A DNA stretch of 64,000 bases from Phyllosticta citribraziliensis (Eukaryota). Where the stretch lies: positions 1,736,001 through 1,800,000 of the forward strand of contig NW_027117343.1 in the NCBI RefSeq assembly GCF_038025025.1, in the 5' to 3' direction. Each line of letters begins with the position of its first letter. The stretch's first letter is position 1. Made by a program: the position numbers and the translations under genes. Positions 24,820-38,129 of the stretch are shown here, piece by piece. Under the pieces are notes generated by a model. It was not told the origin of the DNA, did not search any database, and worked only from the letters and a program-made list of their open reading frames with translations.

Positions 24820-26909
24820 CTACAGCTGAATCTGCCCATCGACAATCTTCTGGAAATCGTCCTTCTGCAAACGCACGTAACTCGTTCCTCTCGGCGGAAG
24901 CCAGTACAGCGTGTCGCCCGACGCTTCCACCTTGTCCAGGTCCATGCCCTCCTGCCGCAAGCGCACCTTTTGCATCTTCATCGACCCCGTGTAGTCCAAG
25001 GCCTTCGTTATCCTCAGGAAAATCGGCACTGCGTACCGTGGCAATCTGCTCAATGCGTGTTGAGCCAATGCCGCAAAGTCAAACGTCTCCTCCGTTACAC
25101 CGTTGGCCAACGTCACGGTAGCGCAGCCGCAGCGACCGTCGGCGTGTGGAGCTTCAACACCGTACACATTGGCCTCTGCAATCTGTGGAAATTGACCGAG
25201 CACGTCGCTGACCTCGTTGGTCGACACGTTTTCTGATTTCCATCGGAACGTGTCTCCTAGCCGGTCCACAAAGAAGAGACGACCATCGCCATCCATGCGA
25301 AACATGTCGCCAGAACGGAACCACCTGCTCATCTGATCAGTTGCCATTCTCTCTTCTCCAAGGCAAAACTCACAAATCTCCCTTTTGGAATACGTCAGTA
25401 ATCATCCGCTTCTCCCAGGCCTGTCGGTTTCGAAAGTACCCAGAGTCTTTGGTGAAGAAGTTTCCAGAGTAGCCATTGTCAGGAAGCGTCGTGTCCAGTT
25501 TATAGATTGCCTCGCCCGGCTCATCTGTTGCGCACTTGACAGCCCAGCCTCTTTCATCTCGTATTATCTTGTTGTCTTGGTCGACATCAATCTTCACAAT
25601 GGCTTCCGTCTTGTTCATCAATTTCCACAGCAGCCCTCTCCAGCCGACAGTGTGTCGAGAAAATGGTCCAAAATTGTGGTTGAACGAGCTCCTTCCAACA
25701 CCATCGCTGGCGGCATACGTTTCGAGAATTTTCTCTATTCCGAACCGCTCGCGGAAGGGCTCCCAAATGTCCGGCCTCATCCCGATGCCCCAGAATGTCT
25801 TGACGCAGTGTTTCCGGTCCAGTTCGGTTGGTGGTGCGTTCATCAGGTACCTACAGAGCTCTCCGACATACAGGACAACGTTCGCGCGAGAAGCGACGAC
25901 TTCAGGCCAGAATCGCGAGTGGGAAAATCTGGGGCTGAGGACAAATGAGCCGCCGACGACCAGAATGGGCCGGACGCAAAACATTTGAGCCGCACCGTGG
26001 TACAGGGGCATGCAAGTGTACATGCGCGACTCCGATGTCAGCCCAATAGTTTGAGAAACTGCGAAACCCGTCAAGATGTCGCGCGCGTAATTCACTTGGG
26101 TCGCCTTTGGCATTCCAGTCGTCCCTGATGTGTAGACGAGTCCGCTAACGTGGGTTGCTTCGAGGGACTCTAGACGCTCGACTGGAACAGGGCTGCTGTC
26201 ACCAAGCCTATCTGCAAAACCTGGCTCGACAAACACCGCCTTGACGTCTGGGAAGTCGTCTTTGCTCGCCTCGATCGACGACCGAGCTTCCAAGTCCCCA
26301 ATCACGTAGCGGCTGTTGCAGAGCTTGCGAATCTTAGCATGATTTCTGCCAGGTAACAAGCAACCTGATAAGACAGTATGATGCTCACCTGAATGCAGTG
26401 CGCGAGGCTTTTACCCGTCAAATGGCAGTTGATGTAACTTTTGACGGCGCCAATCGCATCGAGTGCCAGCCAGAGCAGAATCCATTCCGGACTGTTTTGC
26501 CCATCCAGGGCAACAACTTCGCCAACCTCGATGCCCAAGTCTTTCATCAACCAATTGGCGATTTTCCGTACATCTCGGAGACATTCTTGATATGTCCACG
26601 ACCTCTTCTGGGCACTCCCTGCCTCAAAGATGAAGAAGATTTGGTCGGGTCTCGCCGCTGCTTGCTCCTCCAGGAGATGGTAATTCAAAAACCGCCTCTG
26701 CTTCACCCTGTTTTCGATGAATTGAAGAGCCCTAAACATTCGGTGCAACCCAAAATTGGTGGTCACATCATGAACGATATGGAATTTGGCATTGAGGTAA
26801 GCTCCGGCGGCGAGGACGGCCGCAGCCGCGGCAGCGGTAGAAACTGCATGCAAGAGTCGTCAGTGAGACGGGTAAAATACCATGGAATTTTGGAGGCTTT
26901 ACTCGACAT
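24820..26909 (-). CDS. Very-long-chain acyl-CoA synthetase / fatty-acid transport protein (FATP, Fat1/CefD1-like), multi-exon
   Basis: AMP-binding YTSGTTGMPK. FATP signature WFRSGDMFRMDGDGRLFFVDRLGDTFRWKSENVSTNEV. MPLYHG, YVGELCRYL. Start inferred as ATG TCG A|gtaaag..cag|TT TCT ACC (59-nt intron). Confidence 0.9.
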
Positions 26910-27398
26910 GTTTCAAACCCCAAAAATGTCACCGCACGACCAGCATCGACGCAGTGCAAAGAGAACGACTCCTCATCAGTACGAAAATTGCGGAGGTCAT
27001 GCCATCATATACCTCGGCCGCTCTACGCTTGTACCACGCCTCGGCTGCCGTTGAGATGGACAAGGATGGTAAGGATGGCGCGAGCCAAAACGCGGGGAAC
27101 GGCACTAGCAAAACTCCGATTTGCTTACACAAGGATGTCAACGGCGGCTTGCCGTTCCTCAGTAACCTCCGGCAAAGTCTTCCTATCACTCGTGTCGACA
27201 TGGACGGGAACGGTGGCGTTGACTGCCATTTTACTCGGGAGGAATCTCAGTCGGAGTCTACACTCTTCCGGCTTGACTGTTCGATTTTTCTCTGTACATG
27301 TCGTTGCGCCTACGCTTTACCACTGTCGGCAGGTCCGGTCGCCTTGGTCCACTGGATCCCCGCTATACCCCACTTCAGGCATTTTCTCAACTCGCATG

Positions 27399-29188
27399 TC
27401 ATTTGATCTTGACCCTCAGCCCCTCGCTATCAGCATGTCCGAATGGAGCGATCCAATCATGCGCCATTTCCATGTCTCGTTCGGTCGTCTCGAAGAGCTC
27501 CAGGTCGAATCGCCGGAAGAGGTTCCCGGCCGAGAGCACCAACTCGAGCTTCGCCAATTCGAGGCCAATGCAGCTCCTACTGCCCTTGCCGAACGGCAAC
27601 AAGTACTTCCGCATAAGTCTCCGCTGCTCTTCACTCGCAGAATTTTTTGGCTCATTCAGCCATCGTTCTGGGATGAACTCTTTCGGATTAGGAAAAATTG
27701 ACGCGTCGTGATGTAGGTCCATGATTGACATGGAGATGACTGTGCCGGGCGGAAAGACGTACGTTCTCGCATTCGGGTCGGATGTCGCGAACACCAACGG
27801 ATGTGCCCTGTTGATGCGGGGGAGGCGTCCAGATACTGGACACGTGATTCGTAACGTCTCTTGGATTACGGCTTGCAGATAAGGCAGTCGGCTGAGCGTT
27901 TGAAAGTCAACAAATTCTTCCGGGGAAACTGACGAACACGCCAGCAGTTCTGACTTCAGGCGATGAAGGACATGAGGGTGTTGGTACAAATGGTACACCA
28001 TCATGGCAAGACTGAGCCCGGTCGTTTCGGTTCCGGCATTGAGCAGCTTCCACCAAAGATCAGACCGTATTCTATATCGTGTTGAACGTTTGCTCACCGT
28101 TTCAGCTTCGATTGCCATTCTCCAGACGTTCTTGTCTTCTTGCGGGAGAAGTCTTGAAGCGCCGAGCTTGAGATCTGTTAGCTGACACAGCAGACGATGG
28201 GTTCCTTAAGCTTACTGCGTGAAGAGCTGTTGGAGATTTTCCAGCCTCCAGTACTCCGCCAGCGTCCAGCTCTTTCTTTGCGTGGTCTTGCAACTCCTGC
28301 GACAACGATTAGTAATGCCTAGCACCTGACGGCGAAGCCTACGGACCTCTCTCTTCTCCAGCAGTCCTGCGATGTTTGGATTGACCGCTTTCAAAACTCG
28401 ACGCGGCGTCCACTCAAGGGCCGCAAGCACTGGGACATATCGTTGCCACGTCATGGAAGCCGAAGCCACCCTCACAGTCCTATGGAACGAACGAGCAAAG
28501 TCTGGAGAATCGAGGACGTTGCGGCATCGCGGTTCCGTCATCCCCGAAATCGTGTCCATCGTCAGGCATCGGAAAGCGTCGCTGCAGTTGAATGTTTCGC
28601 CAGTCCGCCGGGCTCCTTCCATGCGAGAAAACAGCTTCTGCAAATGTCGCAGCAAGGCTGGCTCGACCTTGGCCACATTTGCGACGGTGAACAACCTCGC
28701 GAGCGCGCCGCGGCGACGACGATGGGCGTTATGGGGACCGGTGGCGACTCCACACACGGTTAGCGGTTTTGAGGAACAGCGGGTGCAACGCGCGTACAAA
28801 CTGAGGTATTGGTTCCGTCAAAGTTGTAGAACCATTCGTCCTTCTCATCCCTGGAGGTGTACAGAACGTCGAAGAAAGCGGGATCATTGATGTGGACCTC
28901 GCGCGGACTGATCCGTACTACGGGACCTATTCCGGGTGTCAGCCGAAGTCACCTCGAGTCTGGCGGAGGCCATGCAGAACCATGTTTCTCGTGCATCTCG
29001 GCGATGCGAAAGACGTATTTTCCGCCCATTATCGCGTCCCAAAAGAACTCATAAAGCAAAGTTGCCGCTGCGATCTTGTTCCCTGGCACAGAAGCCAATG
29101 GATGGAAGACAAGGCGGTACACGATCTTGGATACAACGTACCCAAGCACCACCAAGGCTGACAGCAAGTAGAACGAGATTTCGGCCAT
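27399..29188 (-). CDS. Cytochrome P450 monooxygenase, multi-exon
   Basis: N-terminal TM anchor + FHPLASVPG, GPVVRISPREVHIND, I-helix AGTETT, ETLR, PERW, heme motif PFGKGSRSCIG. Confidence 0.95.
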
Positions 29189-30368
29189 GCTGGATCGTTC
29201 ACGAGTAGATGGGGGTTCTACAAAGTGTCAGTGTGATGGAGGACCTGGAGCATGCATAAATACCACAGCAAAATGGCCGTTGCTCCAAATGAGGGCCTTT
29301 GCGGCTTCACATCCCGTCCAAACAAATGTCTGCGACAGCTCTTCTCCGCGACGAGCACTAGCAACGAGGTCAGAGTCGACCCATGCTCTATCCTGGCCGC
29401 AGCACAGCAAGTTGCCGGTGACTCCCTATCCAGGATCATGAGGACTTTTTGGCAAAGTTACAGATCATCTGCGATACGACCGGCCAGCACTGTTCCTCGT
29501 CCGACGGTGTTTCGTAAATGGGGCCAATCATAGACCTGCGTTAGTCCGACGAGGCCGTCGTGCGACGACGAATAGATGAGAAGGCGCATCTCTAAGCTGA
29601 GAGCAGGACTTTGTGCACTCTGGGCATTCGATGGCCTGCAGGGCTTTCCTCTTCGTCGCGATCGAGTCCGAAGACAACGACCGCGCTGCCGTTGGATTCC
29701 GCAGATCTCAGCAGTATCGTGAGCGCTCTTTTTCTACTCCCTATCAGCTCTGCTGTCATCCACGCAGGCAACGGCTATGCGACGCTTTGTGTTTTGCTGA
29801 AATAAAGGTTGAACATCGGACATCCAGAGAAAGGTTCCAAGCCTCGGCGCGAAGGGCACTGGCAATCGCCTCTCCCCATTCTCCACTTGACATATGCAAG
29901 CTGTCGCCTTCCGCCCTTCAGAGGACATTGAAAGAGCTGCTCCTCTCACGACTCCACCGGTCAGAAATCCATGCTTCTTCCCGCCATGAGCCACAGCGGA
30001 GACTGCGGTGATTGGCAACATCTCGACGAGCTTGGCTCCGTCTGTTGTGCAAGCCGCCCATCACCTAAGCACCAAAGCGATCCCCATGGCATGATTTTCC
30101 CTGCTCAAGCTCTTGCCACTCAGTATATGATCAATCGTCAAGCTGAAGCCAACAAGTCGAAGGTCGTCAGCTGGCCAACGGCAGAACTGTCATCGATGAT
30201 CTTGTCGCAGCACATGGTGCAGTGTTCGACACACTCTCAGTCCCAGCCTTGGCCAGACGCCAGAGCTGACAATGTCCCAGGCGCAGTAATTTCGAGACTT
30301 GTGTCAAAGAGACTCAGCGAAATCGAAATCGTTGAAAATCCATCGATTCGCGTTTGCTTCTCTAGCAT

Positions 30369-31335
30369 TCAGGCCTCTGGAAGAGGAAGAATGTAACCCT
30401 GCAGTTCCTTTCGCTCCTTCAGCCCGACTCTGTGGTGCCTATTCGCCTCCCAAACCTCGCCGCCTTCTCCAAACTGATTCGCAAGGTGGCCGAGGAAGAA
30501 GTCCAAGTTCTTGTCCGCCTGCGGAAACGCGTCCTTGAAGGTCTTGAACACCTCGTCCACCGACATCTTCTTAGGCGCATTTGCTATCTTCTCTCGGAAC
30601 AGTTCAAGATACTTCCTCGTGTGTGCCAAGTCGGCTCTGGCATCCATTTTCCAGCCCTCTTCGAGGTGGCCCGGGACGATCGTCTCTGGATTGAGCGCTT
30701 CGATGGTGTCGAGCGTGCTCATCCAACCGGCCCAGATGGCCGGCGTCTCGATTTCTTCCGCCCTGCTCGCGAGTCAACACTGACGGTGGAGTGCCGTCTG
30801 CAAAGCGCACTCACCACACATGCGTGCTGCGCGCGTAAATGACGTCCCCGACAATCACGGTCCGTTCGGCCGGCAGCCAAAACAGCGTGTTGTCGATGCT
30901 GTCGCCCTGGACCGGGCCTAGCAAAACGACAACCCCCCCATCCAAGTTGAAGAAGCTAAACGGATACGGCTCGGGCTTGCGCGGCCGAGTCGGCACGAGA
31001 TCCTCTCCCAGCTTCGCCGGCCAATACTGGACCTTTTCGTCGTACTCGCGGTCAATGGCGGTGCAGACGTAGGGCGCGGCGTACAGCTTGGCCGCGGGGA
31101 ACGCGTCGAGGATGGGGTTGGCGCTAAAGTAGTGGTCGGGGTGGTGGTGGGTGATGAAGACAGCGACGAGCGGGTTGGGCGTGATGGAGCGAATCCAGGA
31201 CACGACGGAGTCGGCGTCGGGAATGAGGAAAGGCGGGTCGACGAGCGCGCAGTGCGATGGCCCCGTTATGAGCGTCGTGACGCTTGAGAGACCACGCTCG
31301 CTGGCTTGGTGGATGTGTGTTTGCAATGGCGCCAT
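30369..31335 (-). CDS. Metallo-beta-lactamase-fold hydrolase, 2 exons
   Basis: LVDPPF, THHHPDH (HxHxDH), GDVIY, and IVPGH in exon 2. Intron gtgagt..ctgac-like..cag near 30760-30813. Confidence 0.88.
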
Positions 31336-32098
31336 GTCTTTTTGAATAGGCTGTCGGTGGATGTTGAAATGCAATGCCACTCGGACAAGCAGCCTTTAAG
31401 AGCCCTTTCATATTCGATTACTGGGTCTCAGCCGTGTCGCTACGCGCCCGCTTCCGGAGGATTCAACGCGTCTTCCTGCACGGCACTTGATCTTGCTTTC
31501 TGTGTTGTGGGGTCGTAGAGCGGGGACACCCGGCTTTCCCCTCCACCCCACTCGCTGCGACTGGGATGTGCCAACACAGTCGTTAGACATACAAGACTGC
31601 AGTTTCTCTCAGCAGCCTTGTCCTTGAGAATGCTCCAAATCTAGTTACCCATTCGGTTGTTGCTGTAGGAGAGCGAAAAAGCTGGAGTGTCATCCAATCC
31701 CTTTGGATATGTCTTGCAAGATCTGCAGCCATGTCGATCAACGCGTCAGCTTCTGTGAAGAGATCCTGTTGGGTAGCTTCAGTCGGAGATAGATTTAGCG
31801 TGAAGTAGATACATACACACAAGCCAAGGCAGTGATAGGCTATGGATGCTCCGATGCAGTAGAGTACAAGCATGCTGCAAGGCAGACGAAGGTAGTAGCT
31901 GCTAAGACGAATGATGGCAGCCCTTGCGAAGCCACGGGCAATCTCGAGTGCAGACCACGCTCCTCGTTCCTCCCGAAGCCACGGCCGCAGAGTTGCGAGG
32001 CCGGCAGTGAGCAGCTCCGCAAGTGGCACATTCAGGAAGAAATCTGTCTTGTTGATCCTTTGCCTGCAATGGCTGTTCAGCGCAAACCCAAAACCTAC

Positions 32099-35000
32099 TC
32101 AACCCGTCCTCGCTTTCCAACCCTTCCTTTTATTGTCGTTGTCTTTCCAAATGCAACAAACACTGTGCTCTTCGCACCACCTTTGCACAATCCAAGGCTG
32201 CAAAGGCACTTCCTTCACCTCTAACCCGCTCTGTGCAGCAGTGGCCTCCTCATCGCTTTCCGCATCGGCTGTCTTGCCGCCATTTTTCTTCTTCTTCGTC
32301 TTCTTCACCTTGACAGCCACTTCCATCTGTATCCGGATTCCTCTCCCGTTCAGCCACTCAGATAAATCTTCTACAACGACTGGATCATAAAGTAGTATTC
32401 GTTCGTGCCAAGACGGCTCCCCAGGGTGGACTGGAGGTCGACTAGCCTTAATTGCGTCCGTAATGATTGAGAAGACTCCGGCCATTTGTTCCTCGGAAGG
32501 CACACTGGTTACACGTTTTGAGGGCGCGGCACGCGGCGCAGGTGGTATTGATGCGGCACCTTCGTTCCCCCCATGCGCAGACAGCTTTAATTTGGGAGAT
32601 TCCGAAGGAACCTTGCGCCGCCGAGGCGGAGAGGGCGTGATCTCCACATCTGAGTCTTCGATCTCGTCAATGTGGACCCATCCTTCGTCCTGTTTTGCCT
32701 TCTTGCGGCCAGGTCTTTTGGGTGGTGTGATCAAGCCTTGGGGGAGTTCATTCCGAGTTGCGACGTTGGGCTCACGTCGAGATTCAGGAACTCGTGTGTC
32801 CGGCGGTAGCGCGTCGGGAATGCTGATAAGGCCTTGAGGCAATAATCGCGATGCTTTGGAGCCTTTCCTGGCCGCGCGGGTCGAAGGAACTGTTGTGGAT
32901 TCACTGGCCACGAGTCCAGCAGTACGGCTTCTGTCCGCAGTCGACGTTGAAATGGCACGAGCGCCACTAAGCTGCTTGGGACTATAACTTCTTTGTAATG
33001 GTAGAGTCATATCTCTCGGTGCAGCATGCAATGGAATGTTCGTCGTGGAAGATGACAGTGGTCGTGTTTGCACAATTGGTGGCCTAAGTGATGATCGTGG
33101 AGGAGATTGGGCCGGCAAGTCTACATTCATCACAGTGGCGGATGTCTCACTGCAGCGCTTTGTAAGATCATCGTACTCGTCAATATCGACAAAATCAGGA
33201 GATGGAGATGGATCCTGAGGCTGCGCACTTGGGTGGGCCTCACCGTTTGCTGTATCCGAGAGTGGTGAACCCGGATCGTCTCCAACTGCTTGGTATTCCT
33301 CTGCTCCAGGGTCATATACGTCGAAGTTCTCCTCCAGAAGATTCCTTGCCGCCGCATTCCATAGACCCTTTCTTCTGCCCAACAGTGACAGTTCTCCACC
33401 TTCAGCAACGGTCTTCGAACCAAGCGTTTCTGGGCCGGTCGCTTGCATGGACGCCGCTTCGGATTCCTTCAAGGCCTGTTGTATCTGGCGCACAAAGGTT
33501 GGCGATTCTTCGTGGACAAGCTGGGACGAAGTCCCAAACAAGACCTCCTGGTCGTTGTATTTGAGCAACGCCGCTCCAGGAGACAACAGCTTGTTTGCAG
33601 CCAATTTGGCTTGTTTCTTTGCCTTCTCCGCTGTCTTCCTTGCTTTTTCTATCGAGGCTTTTGACGGGCTCTTCTGCCGAGCACGTTTGGGTTTCTCCGG
33701 CGGAGCAGATCCTGTATCATTTAGTTTTTCGGCAGAGGCATCGCTGGGCCGAGGCGCAAAGAATCCAGAGACTCGAGTGTCAACCGCAATTGTTGTCTCT
33801 GCTGGCGGAGCACGATATGCGGCCGTGGCCAACTCAGTGATTGTCTTTGGTTTCTTTTTGACAGGCGCTTTTTCCTTCGTAGGCTTCTCGGTCCCCATCT
33901 CGGCTTTTTTGGTTGCGTGGGCCGCTGATGGCACGGGGTTGGGGATCATCTAGGAACAAGGGTTAGATGTTGATGTCAAACTCTCATGCGCTACTCACCT
34001 CAAGCTTCCTCCGCTTGGTGAAGGCCTCGCCAGTTTCAGCCCGACCTTCCACATTGGCGCCACGTTGCGGGCTCTTCTGATATCCGAACCCACCAAGAAG
34101 AGTTGCGAACTGATTTTGGTCGGCACGCTGGCCTGAGGATTCTGGGGCCTCCGAAGGGCCGCCTGAAATTTCGATTGGCGCCCTGGATGTAGTGTCCTTG
34201 GTGGGAGTCCAACTCCTTCGCCTCTCAATGGCCTGATCGAGGTCAAGAGGAGCATTAACAGACTTGCTCTTGGGACTTTCATGCAATGGGTCTGCGGCAT
34301 TCTTTTGGGAGTTGTCGCGCGAGAAGTGCGCGGACACAGCGGTGGTTGCTTTCCTAGCCTTGGGTGCCTTTTTCACTTGTTCCTTTTCATCCGGCGCTGT
34401 CTTTTTCTGCCTAGGTTTGGATGCTTTGCCCGACTTTATTTCAGCCCCCTCGACGCCTTCATTCTTTTTTGACCGACCTTTGGACTTTTGGAGCTTAGGC
34501 AATTCGCTCTCGTGGCATAATTCGTCCGCGGCGACGGTTGGCTCAGTGGTTTCGAGCACGTCCTCCGTCGCCAAAGCGCGGGTCTGGGCAGACTGTGGAT
34601 CGGAAACGTCTGATTTGGACTTCGCACGTCGCTTTTTGAGGGCTCCGACAGCACTGGGTTCCCGATGCGCCTCAGCATTATACTTTGAGCCATCTTTTGT
34701 TGTGCCCATGTCATCCTTGCCAACTGTGTCCGACACCTTCGCCTTTTTTGTCCTTGATTGTCTGGGTTTTGGGGCCTTTGCTTTCTTTGCAGCTTTAGCG
34801 CCATCCTTGTCTTCCTCCTCCGCGGCGGGTTTTGTGGACTTTGCGGGTTCGTCGAGGGCGGCGGGAGTGGTGCGAGGTTTGCGGACAGCTTTGGTGCGCT
34901 TCGGGGGCGGCTTCTTCTCGATGGGTGCCTCTGGAAGATCGGCGTCGTTGTTATCACCCAGCGAGATCTGTCTCTCTTTTAGCAGCGAAGCGACAGTGCC

Positions 35001-35222
35001 GAAACCCAAAGTGGCGCCATTTGGGATCTCGGCGGCGCGTGAGCCACTCTTCAAGCCGCTCGGTTTGCTCTTGAGCAGATCTGGAAGAGAAGGAAGATCG
35101 GGAGACGGTGGCGATGACGGGACTCTCTCTCGAAGACAAGGTGGAGTGACGATGATGTCCGAGTCTGGAATGGTTCGCGGCGGCGAGGACGACAGGACAA
35201 CAATCTCACGCGCAGCGGCCAT
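32099..35222 (-). CDS. SLX4: Structure-specific endonuclease scaffold subunit Slx4, 2 exons
   Basis: Long K/P/S-rich disordered body with fungal Slx4 motifs (IVVLSSSP, RRRSWTP, KKKPKTITELAT, QEVLFGTSSQL). C-terminal SWHERILLYDPVVVEDLSEWLN...WCEEHSVCC. Intron ~33950-33999. Confidence 0.9.
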
Positions 35223-35824
35223 GGCGGTGGACAAGAGGAGCGGACGGCGGACGGGCGGGAAGAGCATCCATTGGGGTCGCGGGCGTCAAAGAAGCCAGCG
35301 CGTAGAAGTAAGGCGTGGGGACTTTCGTAGTATCGGAGAGGATGGCGATGATTGTCGACGGGCTGTCGCGACGGCGCGAGGTGTTGACGGCGACTGGCCT
35401 GTGCTCATCTGGTCCAAGCGCCAACACGTCCTCGCGACCTCAGCTGATCCTCCCGCAACTTTCCACCCGGACGACATGACATGGACATCTTTTCCCCTGC
35501 CCGGAGCTCAAGCTCAAGTCCTGCTTCAAATCTGCGGAGTCGCGGCGCTTGCCATCTCACCATACCATCGAGTGTGGTTCCATTTCGATCTTCACACCAG
35601 CAGCCATCGAGTTAACTTTCACCTGCTTGTTTTCAAGAATTCCGGGTTCCTGACGCTTTCTGATTGCACAGAATCTCCTTCATTTTCTATCTCCCATTTG
35701 CTCCAAGCAGAGCCTGGTAAGCACCTCAATGCTCAGGCATTGGGTTTCTTGCCTGACTCTGTTCCTCAGCCGAAATACCTCATTCCGGCCGCCAGCTCAT
35801 AGTTGAACCCTTATTTGCTGCCAC

Positions 35825-36707
35825 TCACGTTCCACATCCGCACGGCTCATAATGGTGTCCTCGCTTCGAGACGGGTAGATTTCCACGAAAGCAAACTGGG
35901 CAACCCCAGACGAAGTTGCCGTTTCTGAGGGCGTCAATCCTTTCTCCAATGGCGTCGCTCAAGGCACACTCTTCAGCCATGAGCCTTTCTCTTTCGTTCT
36001 TGTCAGCAACCTCATGCCTTCTTCTTATTCTCTCCAAAAGCCGGATATGTTGGAAAACTCCATCAGCCAACCTTGCAACCCTCCAGCTTGCCTCAGCATT
36101 CCGATCCAATTTCTTGACCAGCCAGCCCTTCATGATGGAGTCCCTCAATTTCACGTACGTCACTCTCTCTATCTTTGCCGCATCCTCGCAAAGTAGAAAC
36201 TTCCTCATGTGCCAGGACAAACAGCCACTCATGAAATCGATCGCGTCACGACTTGGCCTGTCCGTATTGTTGGCGCACTGTCGACTCGGCGGCAGTAGCC
36301 TTGCTTTTTCTGCCCAAGAATTGAGTCCCAGGTAAGGAAGCTCACGGAGACCGGGAAGAAGCCGGCCCAGTTTGTTCAATCTCCGCAAGGGCTGTACCGC
36401 GTGGTAGAGCGAATGTATTTCACATAGTTCCAGGTGCTGGAAGACTTTCTCGGTAATGTCCGGATATCCACAGAGGCCGTTGAGGATGGCCGAAGAAGTG
36501 TTGGGTTTTTGGAAAGGCACAAACGTTACTTTTCCCTGGTTCGGCCTGGACAACTTCTTTGCTTCTTCATGGACCCGGATCTCACCCCAGTGTTGCGATT
36601 GCAGTCTCTCAAGAATCTTGGCGCTGAAGGATGGTCAGACTTGTTCTTGGGTAGTCTCACGGCTGAATCGGAAAAGCTCACACAGGTTCTTCTTCAAGCC
36701 ACGCCAT
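35825..36707 (-). CDS. Hypothetical protein with an F-box-like segment and a Cys-containing C-terminus; start uncertain
   Basis: 242-aa open frame extended by a plausible exon MAWLEEEP|gtgagc..ctgac..cag. LCGYPDITEKVFQHLELCEIHSLYHAV resembles an F-box. Ends WGCPVC...HYEPCGC. Confidence 0.5.
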
Positions 36708-38110
36708 CGAGTGGAAGCCCGCGTGTCTGCCTTTTCTTCGGTTTCAAATTGGTTCGCAAAAGGACGATGGGAGTAAAGTTATTGCGTCTCCTGCAACCCT
36801 CAAGTCAGCAAACGCGCATATCCGCAAGACTCCCACACCATCTCAGCCAAACCCCAGTTGAATTTCAGGCCCATTTTCTTCAGAAGCATGTGCCCACGGC
36901 CCAGGCCGCGCGCGCCACGAAGACCACACGTGCAACGTCATCAAATGCAGCGCAAGTGTGTGTGCACGGGGCTTTCGCGGCGCCGCAAAGCCGGCCAGAA
37001 GCTCGTTGGCAGACGCGTTGTCAGTGTGAAGTAGCTGTATTTCTTGACATCACGGAGGGGAGGTTGCGAGCGAGATGGGGAGGGTGCGGACGTACTGTGC
37101 GACCTGGAGGAGGACAGCGGGGTGTTGTGTCGTGAGCGCGATAGATTTGGTGACTGGGTTGCTGTTTGGTTGTGTAGGCGGTGACGAGGTTTGTTTGGGG
37201 CAGAGAGACGGCCGGGTTTTGCTCTGGCCAGAAAGTGGCGTGAAGTGAAGACCAGGCGTCGAAGGCGCGTATCAACAGGCGTGGATCGAAGCAGAAGCAG
37301 GTTGACGAAGAGGTTTCCGAGTCTCTTCGAGCGCTTGGCTGGCAAGCGTAGACCTTGTGCGCGAAGCCCCGCCTCGAAGCTTCGGGCAGAGCTGTGATGC
37401 CGACAGTTTGGGTGCTCAGAGTGGTGACAAGGCGTCTTTGCAAGTGGGAAGCCTGGGATGGAGAAGTGATGAGAGCTCCGGGTGTTGAACAAGCGGATAG
37501 TTTGGAGCTGCGCCGTCACCTGGCGGGCGCCGGTCGAAGATTGGAGCACGAATCCACGATGGCCGTAGTCGATGTGAATGGAAGAAACGAGCAGGCAAGC
37601 TAGCTAGCTGACTACGTGGGAGAAGCAAACAAGCCCCGTCACGATGGGTAATGTTGACCAGCATGCAAAAGTCCTTTGTTTGTGCCGCCTTGACGATGAA
37701 ATCACCTGGTGAGAATCAAAGCACTCAGAACCTCCAGAACCTTACGTGATCATCTATCTGCACTTATACCAGCGGCGACCAAGCAAGCACAAGCCGGACA
37801 AGCACGAAACAGCCGAAAGAAATCAAAGTCGACATCAAAAGCGCCAGTGCCAGCGCGCAAACAACAAACATCCTTTCCGAAGCACACAACGAGCATTTCA
37901 ACGCACCCACACTCGTCCACGCACCAGCCCAACCATATTGGCGCTTCGCAGGCAGTTCTCGAGACCTCGAAGAGCCTCCCAGGCCAGGAAGATGCGGCAC
38001 GACATGAGAGGACAAGCACGCGACCTCCATAGGCCAGGGCGCTACCAGCACGAAAGATGCCCTTTTGGCATTTCTGGCCTAAAGAAGCAGCCGGCAAACA
38101 GACGAAGCAG

Positions 38111-38129
38111 CCCCCCCCCCCCCCCCCCC
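38111..38129. repeat. Poly(C)19 tract
   Basis: 19 consecutive C in intergenic DNA. Confidence 0.9.

Noticed and set aside
34264..35802. 512-aa + strand ORF (and similar long ORFs at 56386-57303, 41808-42542, 54543-55109, 23620-24384)
   Set aside because: Antisense or alternate-frame shadows of real GC-rich CDSs.
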